In this document: one piece after another, positions 41,775-56,251 of the stretch
How the letters are laid out: the number at the start of each line of letters is the position of its first letter
Position numbering within the stretch: the first letter of the stretch is position 1
DNA from: Octopus vulgaris
Lineage: Eukaryota
DNA: 64,000 bases
NCBI GenBank assembly: GCA_951406725.2
Contig: OX597814.1
Span: 150,598,001 to 150,662,000 of the forward strand
Direction of reading: 5' to 3'
Program-made: the position numbers and the translations under genes
The notes under the pieces: model-generated
What the model was told of the DNA's origin: nothing
Database searches by the model: none
What the model saw: only the letters and a program-made list of their open reading frames with translations

Positions 41775-42710
41775 TATATGCATACATGTATGTACATAAC
41801 TACATATAAACATATATATGTATATATGCATGCATATTTGGGTACTGGACATCAAAAAGACGTGGACAGAATGAGAAAGGGGAACATAAAAATCCAAAAC
41901 ATAGAAAACGAATTTTTCCGAACAATGAATAAAACAAACAAACAAACAAACAAACAGAGAAACGAGACATGCTACGTAAAGAACATTCCCTTCATGAATT
42001 GTCCCTTGTTTTATCTACTCCTCGCTTCGAAGGTGAGGGCAAGACGCGACTTCGTTAAAACAGTCCTTCCTGCAAAGCAAATTAAATAAAATTTGGGATT
42101 TTTTGTGGAGGGTGAAAGTGGTAACAAAAACAGGACAGTGGGAACAAAACAGTAAAAACAAACAGTGAGGGCTGTTAAGTCAAAACAGTGTGAAGTGTTG
42201 AACGCTTGGAAAAACGAGCTTTGAGAAGAGACAGATAAAAGCACGTCTTGTCTTTAGGAGGGAAATGGAAGAAAGAGACAATGGCCGTTGGTCACGTGTG
42301 AGCAACGAGAGAATCAACGAGAAAGAGTAAGAGAGAGAGAAGGAACAGTGAAGGAGAGAGGAGGAGAAGGGGTGGAAGAGAAAAACAGAAAGGATGAAGA
42401 ACAAGAGAGAGAGGTAGATAGACAGAAAAGAGATAGAATAAGAGTGCACATCGTAATTATTAAGATAAGACTTATTTGGAAAAGGATGCGTTGCATTCGA
42501 TCATATAATAATATAAATAATATATAAATATATGAATATATACATACATATATGCACATACCTACATATATATGTAGATATACATGCATATATGGGTACA
42601 GGACATCAAAAAGACGTGAACAGAATGAAAAACGGGTACATAAAAACAAAATATAGAAAACGAACTTCTTTCGAACAACGAAAAAACGGAGAAACGAGAC
42701 ATGCAACATG

Positions 42711-42793
<83 letters not shown>

Positions 42794-43636
42794 TTATGTA
42801 TGTATGTATGTATGTATTTATGCATGTATGTATATATCTATATATCTATCTGTATTATATATATATATATACATATACAAGTCACACACCCATATAGAGA
42901 GAGAAGGGTACAGTATATATTGAAATGTTGGCTTGCCCATTTATATTCCGTTACGGGATCTTATATACCCAATTATTTGTATACTTTCTATAGTCAATAT
43001 ACAGAAAAAACTTATAATTCTACTTACAAATTTACAATCGCAACTGTTTCCTTATTGGTGCAGAATTCCTTATTTTATGCTCCATAATATTTGGAACATT
43101 CAACATCTAAAATCTAAATGTGTGTAGAGAGTGAACTGTTTGTGTTTTAGAAGCCGCATTGGTTTCACGCAAAATTTTTTTCTTACATCTTCCATTGTAT
43201 TCCATTAGACAGTATAAGCCTATTATATGCAAAGTAGCAAAACAAGATAATGTAGAAGAACATAATGGATTACATAAAAGAACTATGACTTCTACTGATG
43301 TGTAGTATCCATTTGAAAGTGGACTGTAAGAAAACTTTAGCTCACACACAGCGGCTTAAATTGTATTGATCAGTCACAGTTTCAGCGAAAATCCTCGCTA
43401 ACATATAAATAAGTGGAGATATGGCATTTCCGAGACCAAGATGCTTTCTTTTTTGTTTCCAAATTTCCACATCACAGTGTTTGTGTATACTTACCTGCAA
43501 ACACACAAATAAACACACATACACACACAGAGGCACATTCGCACACACACACACACATACACACACATACAAATACACACACAGACACACATTCACATTC
43601 AGACAGAGACACATTTTTGCACACACACAACCCACA

Positions 43637-43686
<50 letters not shown>

Positions 43687-43763
43687 TAATATGAGGGAAT
43701 ATTATTCCAAAGTTACAGGGAGAAATTCAATTTAGATGTACTAAATCAAATTTCACAGAGTAT

Positions 43764-43800
<37 letters not shown>

Positions 43801-43813
43801 TATATATATATAA

Positions 43814-44084
43814 ATTAGAAAAAAAAACAACTTTTATCTATTCAATAATGAAACAATTAAATTATACCATTTAGAAAAATTACATCTTATAGAAAGATTA
43901 AATATAAGATAAAACATATATGAATGATTAAGTAATGTACAAAATAATAAATACTTATTCATTACATATTCATTGGCATACCTTTTATCTTATATTTAAT
44001 CTTTCTAGAAGATGTAATTTTTCTAAATGGTATAATTTAATTGTTTCATTATTGAATTGATAAAAGGTGTTTTTGTTTTCTAAT
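43814..44084. repeat. Foldback with ~100-bp inverted arms in TA-rich context
   Basis: 43814-43914 is the reverse complement of 43983-44084 with few mismatches; spacer ~70 bp. Confidence 0.85.
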
Positions 44085-44170
44085 ATAATATGATATATAT
44101 ATATATCTGTACACACACACACACACACACACACACATAATTAATAATAATAGATGAAAAATGTGTTAAT

Positions 44171-44239
44171 CCACTACAGCTGTTTCGAACGAGTTTTTAA
44201 TTCTATGACCGGTGTACTATTCATAGGATCATGAAGTGG
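44171..44239 (-). ncRNA. Degenerate hammerhead motif, inverted partner of 44286-44373
   Basis: CCAC-UUCAUGA-...-AAAAACUCGUUC-GAAACAGCUGUA-GUGG. The 3' half is nearly identical to the plus-strand copy; the core has decayed (G5->C). Confidence 0.5.
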
Positions 44240-44285
44240 CACAAACTGTTGGCTTTTGAATATTTTTAAATGTTGTTATTCATAT

Positions 44286-44373
44286 ATTCACCTGATGAAA
44301 ACGGTTTTTTTTTCTGGTGATGTAATTTTTATAGCAATCAATTAAAAACTCGTTGGAAACAGCTGTAGTTGAG
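44286..44373 (+). ncRNA. Hammerhead motif with canonical core and extended stem II
   Basis: CUGAUGA at 44292-44298; AACG-G-UUUUU...AAAAA-CU-CGUU stem II; GAAAC-AGCU-GUA at 44356-44367. Stem I is imperfect. Confidence 0.65.
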
Positions 44374-44667
44374 TGATACATTATCCATCTGTTGTTATTG
44401 ATTTATTAATTATTCACACGAAACCTGCTCCTTGCGGAAATCCTAATTATATCATGGACCACACATTTGGTGCAATGTGCGTTTCCTGAATTAGCCTTAG
44501 GGCTCATGATATACTCAGTCGGGTACAGTTAATCGTGTACATAACCTGAGCATCTTTTCGCCTGTAATTCGAAACCCTACATTTTTTGTGTACGCATTTT
44601 ATTTTCCGACTTGTCCAGGTGCCTTATTTAAGTGCATGATACACACGAATCTTGACATTTTATATAC

Positions 44668-44800
44668 ACTAACAGAAAGACCGCCCTCACGGCGGTTTTA
44701 AACCTGGAGTGTGTATGTGTGTATTTATATTACAGAGACAGCGTTTGTGTCTATATAAGAGACACGGTGTGAGTGTGTGTTTATGTATGTGTGCAAACAA
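44668..44800 (-). mobile_element. Possible non-autonomous Helitron 3' end
   Basis: Minus strand ACCGCC-GTGAG-GGCGGT hairpin 7 nt before TTAGT (CTAG-like terminus). 5' end not identified. Confidence 0.4.
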
Positions 44801-45222
44801 TGAATGAAATAAACATGAAATGAAAAAATCGTATGAATAAATCGTGCACCGAATATTTAAATTTGTGAACTTGAAATATTCAATAATAAAAGATAGTTTA
44901 GAAAGTAAATATTCTTGAAAACTTCAATTTATAAAAACATCTCACTTGGATAGTAAATATTTCTTTCACTAATTTATCGTAGCTGCAATATATCTGTAAT
45001 TTAAACAAAGCTCAATCTTTAGCGGGCTAGAAATAGCAGCGATCACATATTATTGTAAAGCTTATAGCATCCCGTACAGTCATACCAACGAAATCATTTC
45101 TGAGTTTTGGGGGTTTTTTTTTAAAATTATAGCAGTATATTAAAAAAAATTCATTTCATTAAAAACAAGCCTCATAGTTATACAGCTATTTTGTCTAATA
45201 GCATTCATTCATTCAATAAATA

Positions 45223-45270
<48 letters not shown>

Positions 45271-45389
45271 CGGAGATGTACTCGCATAGAAGTAATTTGA
45301 TCTGAGATCGTGTGCTGAAACGAAAACAATTGCAGCGTGGAAGGTGTTTATAAGCCATTTAAGAAACACACTCCAACATTTAAGTTTAA

Positions 45390-45439
45390 TTTGTCAAAAT
45401 ATTTTCGTCGCTAAAATCCGCGACCTGTTCACTGACAAA
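45390..45439 (-). ncRNA. Minimal type-I hammerhead fold, G3-C8 variant, in a short element (~45270-45455) abutting (TA)n
   Basis: UUUGUCA-GUGAACA-G-GUCGC(GGAUUUUA)GCGAC-GAAA-AUAUU-U-UGACAAA. Perfect 7-bp stem I, 5-bp stem II, palindromic AAUAUU. Confidence 0.7.
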
Positions 45440-45857
45440 GTCCGTGCTGCATCACAGAGAGAGAAAGAGAGAGAGAGTTTGGAAAATAGCTAATTAAAAC
45501 TTAAAATGAAACATTGAAATGAATATATATTAAATTATCCTCGAAATTTTGTGGGAGGGGGCAGTCGATCAGATCGATCCTAGTACATACTGTTGCAAAT
45601 ACAAACGAAAAATTTTGCCAGAAACGAATTAATATTGTTTTTTAAAACTTCTCCACAATGAATGCAACGAATATTTAAATTTATGAAAAACTTGTAGTTC
45701 AAATATTCAATAACCTTCAAAAATCGAAATTACAGGAAATTTCTTGGAACATGAATTTATAAAAAAAATATTCATACGGCCAAGCCTTTAATAAATGTTT
45801 TCTTTTAGTAATTATATACCTAATTAATAAGCTGCTTTCTCCATTATAATATATCTA

Positions 45858-45924
<67 letters not shown>

Positions 45925-45927
45925 ATG

Positions 45928-46092
45928 TTGGTGTGTTAACGTCCCCGTAACTTGGCCGTTCGCCCAAACCGACCGATAGAATAAGTACTAGCGTTACAAA
46001 GAATAAGTCCTGGGGTTGATTTCTTCGACTAAGGGCTGTGCTTCAGAATGGCCGCAATCAAATGACTGAAACAATTAAAAGAATGAAAGGAA
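45928..46092 (+). mobile_element. SINE family A, 3' part
   Basis: gtccccgtaactt...gatagaataagtacta...aaatgactgaaacaa. Confidence 0.8.
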
Positions 46093-49032
46093 AAAAGAAT
46101 ATATATATATACACACACACACACACATACACACACACACACACACACACATACACAGATATACATATATATATATATATGTATTGTAGGTGGAATGAAC
46201 ACAAACTTAAAGCAAGACAGCGAAGGAGAAACATGGTTTAACAAATGCTGTATCTTCACTAACCTCTCTCACTCTACGCACACACATATATATATCAATA
46301 TAATGCATAATGTATATACATACACATGCATGTACATGTACATATGTATCATATATATATGTATAACATACATACATGCATGCACACACACACACACACA
46401 CATATATAAACAATGCTGCGTACACATACCTCATACTTTTCATGTCGATACAGTATTTCAGTATATGATTATTTTACCCTTCACCAATAGACTAAAAACT
46501 ATTTTAAGATATTCACACATACCCTGTTCTTTAATGCAGTAATTATTTTCAAGTTCTCCATATCCACCCTGTCAGAAGAAAGGAGCCAAAACATTCGACG
46601 AATCTATTGTTCACAAATTACAGCATGTGTTGTAAAAAACAAATAGCACTGTTATTTTAACTATTATTATTGAAATATTAGTCACGAAGCCAATGTCTGA
46701 ATGATATACTTTGACAAACCAGCTATTTATTCTTCTGAGTTTACAACCGTTCAGATAGAAAATAAGACTGTTATGTCGTTATTTATCAAATCCCCTGTGA
46801 TTCAAGTGTCTCCGAAAAGTACTCCAATATTCATGTTCACACAAACTAGTATTTAGTCTCCAGTAGGATGATTTTCTTTTTTGTTTACCATATGCATGAT
46901 GTTGAGAGGAAATATAAAAGCAAAACATTTCTTTGGCATATGTACAAAAGCTTCATAGCATCGTGAATTCTTAATAACGATGCAAGCTCAAGAATCCTGA
47001 GGCTAATCGCAAATTGACATCTCAATATAAAGTTTGCGATAACATTATATCACTGGTGAGTTTGTGAACAATGAAACAAATCAAGAGCAAAAACAGAGAT
47101 GCAGAAACATAAGAGGATTGATTTTAGTGCTTTGATTATTCTTATTCTTTAGATTACCGCGTATTGTAAACTAGGGTTTTGGGATCACACCAAACCGTCA
47201 TCATTTTTCCCAATTCCTATTTAAATCAATTGGAAATTATTCTCGCTACTATTGTCTACTATATGAATACCACAACTTCTTGAAATATAGGGATTTTGTG
47301 TAATGCCAAAATTTGCAAACACTCGACATACCAATGGATTAAGCTGGAGGTGAAATTAATTCGTGACCTGATTTTGGTTTCCTTTTCATATTGTTAATTA
47401 GATTGATATAATATCAGTCCATTCACGTCTCTACCTTCGTCCCTCCTTTCATTTCCAAAAATAAAATCGTACTATCCCTAGTCAAAAGAAAAGGAAGCAT
47501 TCCTGAATCTCACCTATGTTCTTGATGTGGGGATTAAGTTCCCCGTTGGTTAGCCTCTGGTATGAGAAATCATAGCTTCTTAGATGAGAGCAATTGTCGG
47601 GATGAATAGAAAACCTGTTTCGGGTTTTGCCCTGTATGTGGGACTGAGGAAAATATAAAAAGCACTGTTGTAATTTGAGTTGTAGCTAAGAAAAAGAGTA
47701 ATTTCTGGTTCGAATGCTCATAAAATACAAAGTAAAGGATTATGCTTTTGAATTAAAATCGTCAGTTGTGCTACATATCAATGCATAATTTCATTTATAC
47801 ATAAATATGATATGCATGCGACACGCATGATACGCATGGGAACCAAAACTAAGTCGGATTGATGGAACTAATCCATTTACCAGCTCTATCGCGAGTTGAG
47901 TTGGTCCTAAAATCTCAGCCTAACTACACGCTTGTCAATCGTACCTGTTCTGCAGTACCCAAGTACATGTAGATCGACTGAAGTGTTGAATGGGAAAAGA
48001 TCTAGTGACGCACTCCGCGTAATACTACAGACATGGCAGACACGAATACGTAATTTTACAGCTGTTAGTCTGAAGCACTATTGATCCTATAAGCAGCAAC
48101 TCATATGAATAAGCTATCTGTATTAGACAAAATATTTACATAGAAAGCGAGATTATGTCACTCCAGATGTTTGTGTTTATGTAAAGGGTATCAAGAGATG
48201 TTCGATGAGCGAGAGGATCTCAATTACAAACGGTCGTCTCAAAGGAGATAGACTTTGCACAATGCCTATTGCACGAAATTCAGACTTTCTATTATACATT
48301 CACAACCTCTCATTTCTGTGAAGATGAGAGTCTTCACATCTGGCCATGTTGTAAGAAGACAATAAACATCAAATATCGCTACTAAGTGTTATCGTTTTAC
48401 GACTGCCAATTTCAGATCACTAAGATCACTTGATGTATATACATACATACACACATACATACATACATTTATATATTGTATTATCTCAAGTTATATATAT
48501 AATTAAACTGAAAGATTATGCAATACTTGATTACATATTTATTAACAATTGCAGAAATAAAATGTTGACACCCCGATAAAAGTGAGAAAATAGAAACTCC
48601 GAAACCATTGTAAAAGTTTATATATATTTGTGGGATGATATAAGCACACATATGTGAAATTATGCGATTTGTAACATTTAAAATGCGAAATGAAAGAAGT
48701 ATGACATTTTATTTCAATATTCATGTATTCCGCAATATAAGTACATCTGGAGAGGGGCAACACCTCAAATATTCGATAAGGTCATGGGTTGAGTTGGTAT
48801 AGCATTAGTGTATCTCTCAGAAATATCAATGAAAAGAAAAAGCAATAGAAATGGTTAAAACAGCCATAATAAACAGTTAGGAGAGATTACCAAATAAATA
48901 ATCAGCATTGATTGTTTTAAATGAGATATCAATTGCCAAACAATGGATTTCAAAATTATTATCATTGTTTAATCAGTCACGATAGCTGGCTAGTCAATAT
49001 CTATAAGTAATCCTCTTACTTTCTATCTGTCG

Positions 49033-49099
<67 letters not shown>

Positions 49100-49601
49100 C
49101 CTCTATAGCATGGAAGCAATGAGAAATAGCAATCAGGTCTTCATCAAACCCCACTTTAATTATTAAAAAGGAAAAAAAGACACCTTGATTATTGAAAAAA
49201 ATATGTGATAATTATATATAAATACAAGACTGAATTGTCACCAGTCACGGCTTCATGATATGTTTGATTGATGAGAAATATTTTATGTTAAACAACAGGT
49301 ATCGAAGTAGCTAAATACAGGTATATACGTATATATATATTCAGAGGAGATAGTGAGTCAAATCGATAAATCAATCGATCGATGGATAGATAGATAGATA
49401 GATATTATGTATATACATACACATAGATATACATGCATGAGTGTATAAGCACATATATATATGTGGGAGGGGCAGCGCGCACATAATTTCGATACACAGA
49501 TAAACATATTTATTTACAATCGCATCCACGTTCAAACATACATACTTATATATACAAGCATCCAAAAACCCATCCGTCTTGACATGCATCTATCTGTGCA
49601 T

Positions 49602-49672
<71 letters not shown>

Positions 49673-50451
49673 CATCCGTTCATCTTTATATGCATCTGTA
49701 CATCCTTCCATACATTCATACATACACGTTTCTGTGAAAGTATTCATGTTGACATCGATTCCATTTCCCCACTTCTCTCTCTCACTCGTTTCCTTGTCTT
49801 TCTCTGTTCTCTTTGTATTCCATTGAATTCGGTTTCGTCTGGGTTTTTATTTATGCATCAACATTATTCTCCTGCTAACCGCTCTATCGTTCTCATTCTA
49901 TCTCTTTGTTGTTTGGTAGTCAATCACTTTAGGACCAGTAACACATGAACTACAGATCAATAAAACCATCTATCTGTTGAAAACTAGCTGAATCAATATA
50001 ATTGAAACTGGTCACGTGTTGTCATAACATTCTTTACGTGTGTCTATCATAGATGAATTCCTCTAATGTAAAGTTGTATGTGTTCTAGGTAATTTATCTA
50101 TCTATCTATATTTATTTATTTATAATAATATATATATACATGCATATATGGGTACAGGACGTCGCCAAAAGGGAAAACGGGACAAGTAAACACAGAGAAA
50201 CGCACCTTCATCATTTGTCGGCTGTCTATCTACTCCTCATTTCGAGCATTTAACGACGATATAAGTCTTCAAGGACAGTTGCTCCCATAAATTCCAAAAG
50301 AACATTTAGGATTTATAGAGAGTCTAAGTTGGGAACAAATACAGAAAAGCGGAAACATACATAGATACCGAACGAAACACACACACACAGACAAATATAT
50401 GCCTGTCAGTCAGTCTCACTGTCTCTGTCTCTCTCCACTTTCTCTTGCTGT

Positions 50452-50515
<64 letters not shown>

Positions 50516-51059
50516 TCTTTTTGTTGTTTTCCCTCATTTGACTGCAGCCATAATTGGGGCGCCCGCTTTGAATGGTTTAGTCAACCAAATCGTTTCCAGA
50601 ATTCATTTTTCTTAGAACCTTATTGTCTCGATCACTTTCGCGGAAACAAGATGCGTGCGCGTGCATGTGCATACATGCATGCTTATAAATATGTATATGC
50701 GTACCCCTACCCTCACCCTCATCCCACACCCTACCATTGCTTCCCCCAACCTCGCCTTCCCCACATCCCGACACCACCACACCATATCTTACCACATCAC
50801 ACCACCACACCTTACCTCAGCATACCGCACCACATCACGCCACCGCATACACTAGCACTGACCACTTTCCAGCAACCACACCGTCATCCACACACCTACA
50901 CATGCACACAAGGACACGTCAAGGTCACCAGTCCCTATCCACACGCACATTCGCGCTCTCATATACACACGCACGCACACCTTCGTTTTGGGATCACATA
51001 ATTTTTTTCATCTCCCCTTCTTCCTAGCTCTCCTGTCTGACCACCTCTGTCCAGCATTC

Positions 51060-51262
51060 GCCATTATTGATCGCTAGCCACTAAACCTTTTTTAAAAGTA
51101 TTTTCTCTCTCTGCTTATTTTTGTGTTGGTTTCTGTTGAAGAGCGTAAGCCCGAAACGTAAAAGACTTTCTCACTTCCCGAGTATTAAACTAATACATCC
51201 GTTTGTTGTTTACACACCCGTCTTCGTCTTTTGGTTTGTTTGTTTTTTGTAAATTCCAACTA
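51060..51262 (+). mobile_element. Family H2 copy; HHR at 51130-51163
   Basis: UUU-CUGUUGA-A-GAGC(GUAA)GCCC-GAAACGU-A-AAA. Same 3' end (gtaaattccaacta) as the 39950 copy. Confidence 0.65.
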
Positions 51263-51387
51263 TATATGCATATATATGTACACACACATACGCAACCATA
51301 CACTGTTATGATATGTATCCTTGCCTTCATGCGTATATATATAACAAATGAAAGACAGAAGAAGGAATATACGAGAATATATTATTA

Positions 51388-51491
51388 ATCGCAACAATTG
51401 TTTCGACACATCTAGCAATGACTCCTCTTGTGGGACACACTAAAAATGGTACAGGATTATCTGACGGTGCAGACGTATCCCGTCGGGTGAT
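51388..51491 (-). ncRNA. Hammerhead-like motif with long stem II
   Basis: AUCAC-CCGACGG-GAUACGUCU(~57 nt)AGAUGUGUC-GAAACAAUUGU-U-GCGAU. 9-bp stem II (with G-U pairs), palindromic ACAAUUGU. The core deviates at U4 and A9. Confidence 0.55.
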
Positions 51492-51577
51492 AAATAAATA
51501 AAAAATCTCGTTAAAATGCTTGGACGGATGTATATGTATATGTACATGTAAGTGTGTATATATATATGTAGTTACAC

Positions 51578-51668
<91 letters not shown>

Positions 51669-52296
51669 TGCCATAATGAGAATGCTACTTTTTCAACAAA
51701 AACTCTTTATTGAGTGTGTATCAATTTCTGTTACACTCGTGCGTTCGATGAAGCTTGTTCAATATGTAGACATTTTCTTTTTTGTAATGCTCCTTCCATA
51801 TTTCACGCCTTCCCTCGAATATTTTGTAGCTCTGTATAAAAAGGAATTCAGTTGATTCAAACCACTGCATATTTCGAATTTTTAACTCGTTTTTAACTCG
51901 TGTACCCTCTTCTGCCCCGTTACATCTCACACTTTCTACATCTCTCTACCTCTTACTTAAATGTCTGTCACCTTCTTAACAGTTAATTGAACAAACTTAT
52001 GATGGAAGGTGCCCTATTGCTAACGATTCCATCTTTATGGAAGATTATGTTTCGGCAAATATTATGAAATATGTTCCTGCTTTACGATGCAAAGGAGTTT
52101 ATAGTATAAACAGCAGCGATCAAGCAAGTTCATGCAGACATTCCCTTCGTGTACTTGTTCTGTATGCCCATAGTGTGTATCGTGATGTGAAAGGTTTTGG
52201 TTGCTTACATGGTTAGGAACTACGCGTTATTTGATTATTTATCCAAAGTAGCTTTAACTTATGAAGTAGGTAGGGTATTCTTTTATACTCCTAATT

Positions 52297-52414
52297 TTTT
52301 CAGCCATTTGACTGCGGGTATGCTGGAGCCCCGCCTTCAGTCGAACAAATCAACCGGCTGTCAAGCAATGATTGGGGGACAAACACAGATGCACAAACAC
52401 ACAGACACATATGT

Positions 52415-52455
<41 letters not shown>

Positions 52456-52626
52456 ATATTTATATTTATATACGGCGGGCTTCAGTTTCCATCTACCAAA
52501 TCCACTCACAAGGCTTTGGTCGGCCCGAGGCTATAGTAGAAGACACCTACCAAGGTGCCACGCAGTGGAATTAATCCCGGAAACACCTGTTTTGTAAGCA
52601 AGCTACTTACCACACAGCCACTCCTG
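52297..52626 (-). mobile_element. SINE family A with internal deletion
   Basis: Reverse complement of head and tail. Confidence 0.8.
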
Positions 52627-53619
52627 TATCTACACACACACACACACATATATATCAGTATTGTAGTGCATGTATAGCATATATTCAGCTGTCTGTACCA
52701 GCTGAGTGCTGAATACCTGCCAATCATGGTAAATTCTTCATAAATATTAACATAACTTAATAATATATTAATGGATCAAAATAGGAAAGTAATTATAAAC
52801 TTTTGTGATTGCTCTTCTGATACACCGCAGTAATTTGTATCATTATGTACTAACCGAGCAGAAGGATAATAGGTGATAAAAATACGATTAGAATACGATC
52901 ATCACTTCTAATTGTACACACCTTATTTCTTTGCTTTTATACTCATCTCTAAAATGACAATCTTCTTACTATTTCGACCTAACCCCTCAATTGCTTTACT
53001 ATTCGAATCTATTCATCCACATATTTCCCGACTTCTTTTTGTGTACATCCAGCACGTTTCTTATATAAGACTTATATAAGACTCTATCTTATTCACTTTC
53101 TCACATCCCTGAATAAACACTGCATTCTGGGCTGACAAGTAAGTATAAATTCGTAGAAAATTTAACTGAAACAAATTTTGAATAATATTCCGTTCTTGCA
53201 GTTTTTATGTTTGATCGTTGTTTGCTTTCAAATCTAATAATATTCACACAAGAACAAAGATTAAATTAGATCGTAGTGACCTAATTTTTCTATGTTTATG
53301 CTTTAGTCGGCCTTATATACGACTCATAGGTTCATCACTGGGTGAACATTATGACAATAACCACAATAAGCAATGTTACACGAGCTGAGTTAGTCTGAAA
53401 TTTTCGTTCCTACTTCAGTGAATATGAATCTTTCAGACTCGTATATTACATCATGTTTTCAAAGGAGAGTAATAATCCAGACTATGAACCAGAAACTGGG
53501 ACTTACAAGAAAGTTATAATCTAGTGTTTTAGTGTAAAAAGTTTGAGAAAAATATGTCCAAAATCAAAATATTTCGAACGCTCACAATGCAAAGAGGAGC
53601 ATTTGCTTCGATATAAATA

Positions 53620-54476
53620 TTACAAGGAAAAATGCGAACAAGAGAAATAATATTCTTAAGATTATAAACCTGGAAAAGTACAGGGCAATTTATTACACTT
53701 GGAAAAGTTCAGCACAAGTTATTACCCATGGAAAATTTCAGGATAAGTTATTACATCTGGTAAAGTGCAAAACAGGAAATTTTTTACTCAACATATTGCA
53801 GCTAAGGTTAAGATTTCAAACAAAATATTTAGATTTAGAAAATATTAGCTTTTATTAAAACTAAAACTTTTATTACAAGTTATTCTACTTGTTATTACTT
53901 GTTACTTCTATTAAAAATAAAGAATAACTCAAAATATTTTTTGCACTTTACAAAAGTTCATTTGAAAATAAATTATAAAAAATAATAGTAGTACATAATT
54001 AGTTAGTACAATAAATTGAATAATGCAAAAATTAGTTATGTGTTACAGTAAAATCTACCTATAAGAACGAATTCACAGTTAAGTTGCCTTGCGTTATTGC
54101 CAAGTTTTCCCATTTTTAGTCTTGACCCAATGCCTATTTTTTAAATAATGAATTTGCCTACCATATATATACTATTCTACTATGCATAAAACTTTATCTT
54201 TATTGGTACTTCTGGCTCTCATTTTTTAAGTATTCTAGTTTGTGAATATTTTAACAAGTTGATGGTATCTTTTTTTAAATTATAATGTTCCTTTGTAAAT
54301 TAAAATCAAATAGTTTTTAATATTCAAATTTTATCCTTAGCGGCGATATTTTAAGTAAAAGTTTTCTTGTTCTGCACTAACCTGTCCTGAACTTTTCCAA
54401 ATGTAATAACTTGTCCTGTACTTTTCCAGGCTTCTTTAGAATATTATTTCTCTTGCTCGCATTTTCCCATGCAATC
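53620..54476. mobile_element. Old foldback/DNA element with ~200-bp imperfect inverted arms containing ~29-bp subrepeats
   Basis: aaatgcgaacaagagaaataatattct...cctggaaaagtacag matches the reverse complement of ctgtacttttccagg...agaatattatttctcttgctcgcattt; repeated ggaaaagt(a/t)cag units. Confidence 0.7.
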
Positions 54477-56251
54477 CATGCTTTTTCCAGGCTATGCTAT
54501 TATGCTAATTAATAATGTGTTAAGATTTTTACCTTACTAAAAATTGAATGATAAATTTAATTCCACCCACAAAAATAAATAAATGAAAAATGTTTACGTA
54601 ATTTACCGAACGCCGTAACATAACAACTGAATTGCGCACACGCCTTCGAGTTAAAACGAAAGATTGCCAAAATGGCTAGGCTATTGCCAACATTTCTAAA
54701 TATTTTTATTTTTTCATTTTTATGGTATAATTGCATTAATTAATACAGATGACGTAATCAAACTAATTGCAAATTAGCGGTGTCGTTGATAATTTTTCCT
54801 TACCTGAATGATGCCATGAAATTCCTCGAACTGAGCTTAATCAATTAAGCTTAATTAAAATATAGTTTGTTTTTTTAAATAAGAAATTTAATCATACATA
54901 AATCCAATTCTTTGCCATATATTGTTTCATGATATTTTACCTCACAACATTTTTAATACAAATTTTTGTTCCATGGGATCAGAACTATGAAATTTCGCTT
55001 GCTCTCTGCTATCATTGAAGCTAAGATAAATATATTTTGCTTTAAAAATTAAAAAAATGTTATTTAGATAGTAACTTGATTCGAGGCGTTACATACTCTC
55101 CTATAACGTTGAAACGAATTTCGATGTAAATTATTACTACTGGGCCAAATCTAAATTCCTGCTATGCCAAAATGTAGCTCGGGACCAGTCCTCTTCTAAA
55201 ATGTTAAAAGTTTTCAATTTGGTTAAGAACTGAATTAGCGACAAAGCTCTGAAGATGCTGTTTGTGAGTAAATTGTAGCCTTAAGAATATTGTTCAACTA
55301 CTACCGTAGTTGAATGATTGATGCACATTCTAAGTCCTTATCTGATAATGCATGTTTGAAAAGATACAAATTTTGAGAAGACTGATGAAGTGGTTAGCTC
55401 ATCAAAGAACGTGGGAAAAAAATTCAAAATGCTGTTCCCAAGTTTGCTAGGCATAAAACAATAAAGGCTTGTTTGGAAGCGAGTGATGGATGGCTATAGT
55501 AATTCACAAATCGCCCGGGAATGAGTAGCACAATTTCTCAAGCTAAAATAGATAGGTCATCAAAAAGAGGAAATTGCATTGTTTTGGAAGTTATTAGCTG
55601 TAGGCAAGATTTGTTCATTATCGTAATGAAGCTCCAACACCTAGCTGTAAAAAAAAAATAAGAACGATTTGTTAGTATTCTGATACACAATACGGGCATT
55701 ATTACAATTTCAAGAAATAATGTTTCATACCGAGTGACATTAATGACTTTTTCTTTTCAACTTGGTACATGCCAGTTTTATACGAGAATCTGCTCAAGGA
55801 GATGCTTACTTATTTGTCAGTAATTATGGTAAAACAATGTGCCCGTTCTTGCCGACCAGTCGTTACCCTACAATCCGGTGAAAAGGACTAGTTAAGATTA
55901 TTGAAAGTGATGTTGGAAAAGGTACCAAAGACAAACGTCTCTTAATGCCATCAACAACTGCAAAGCTAAGTCTCCAATATTTACATTAGTAGCTTTATGG
56001 ACAGTACTAAAAACCATAATCTCAAGCCAATGCTTGGAAAAATTTCAATTCGATGAGAAAATAGAAGATGCATTTCAAGGGACTGAGGCAGGGGATTTTC
56101 ACCCTGTAATCCGGAGGGCAGGCGGAACAAATGTAAATGAAAATGCCATCAGAATCTCTTGAATATAAGATGTTAACAGAAAAAATAGTGGATTAAGAAC
56201 TCATTGGTGACCGTAAAAATAGTGGGTATGATAAAGATAGAAATATTACCC

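Noticed and set aside
55000-56220. Non-repetitive stretch that might be an exon or transposase relic
   Set aside because: Frequent stops in the frames I read and no recognisable motif.
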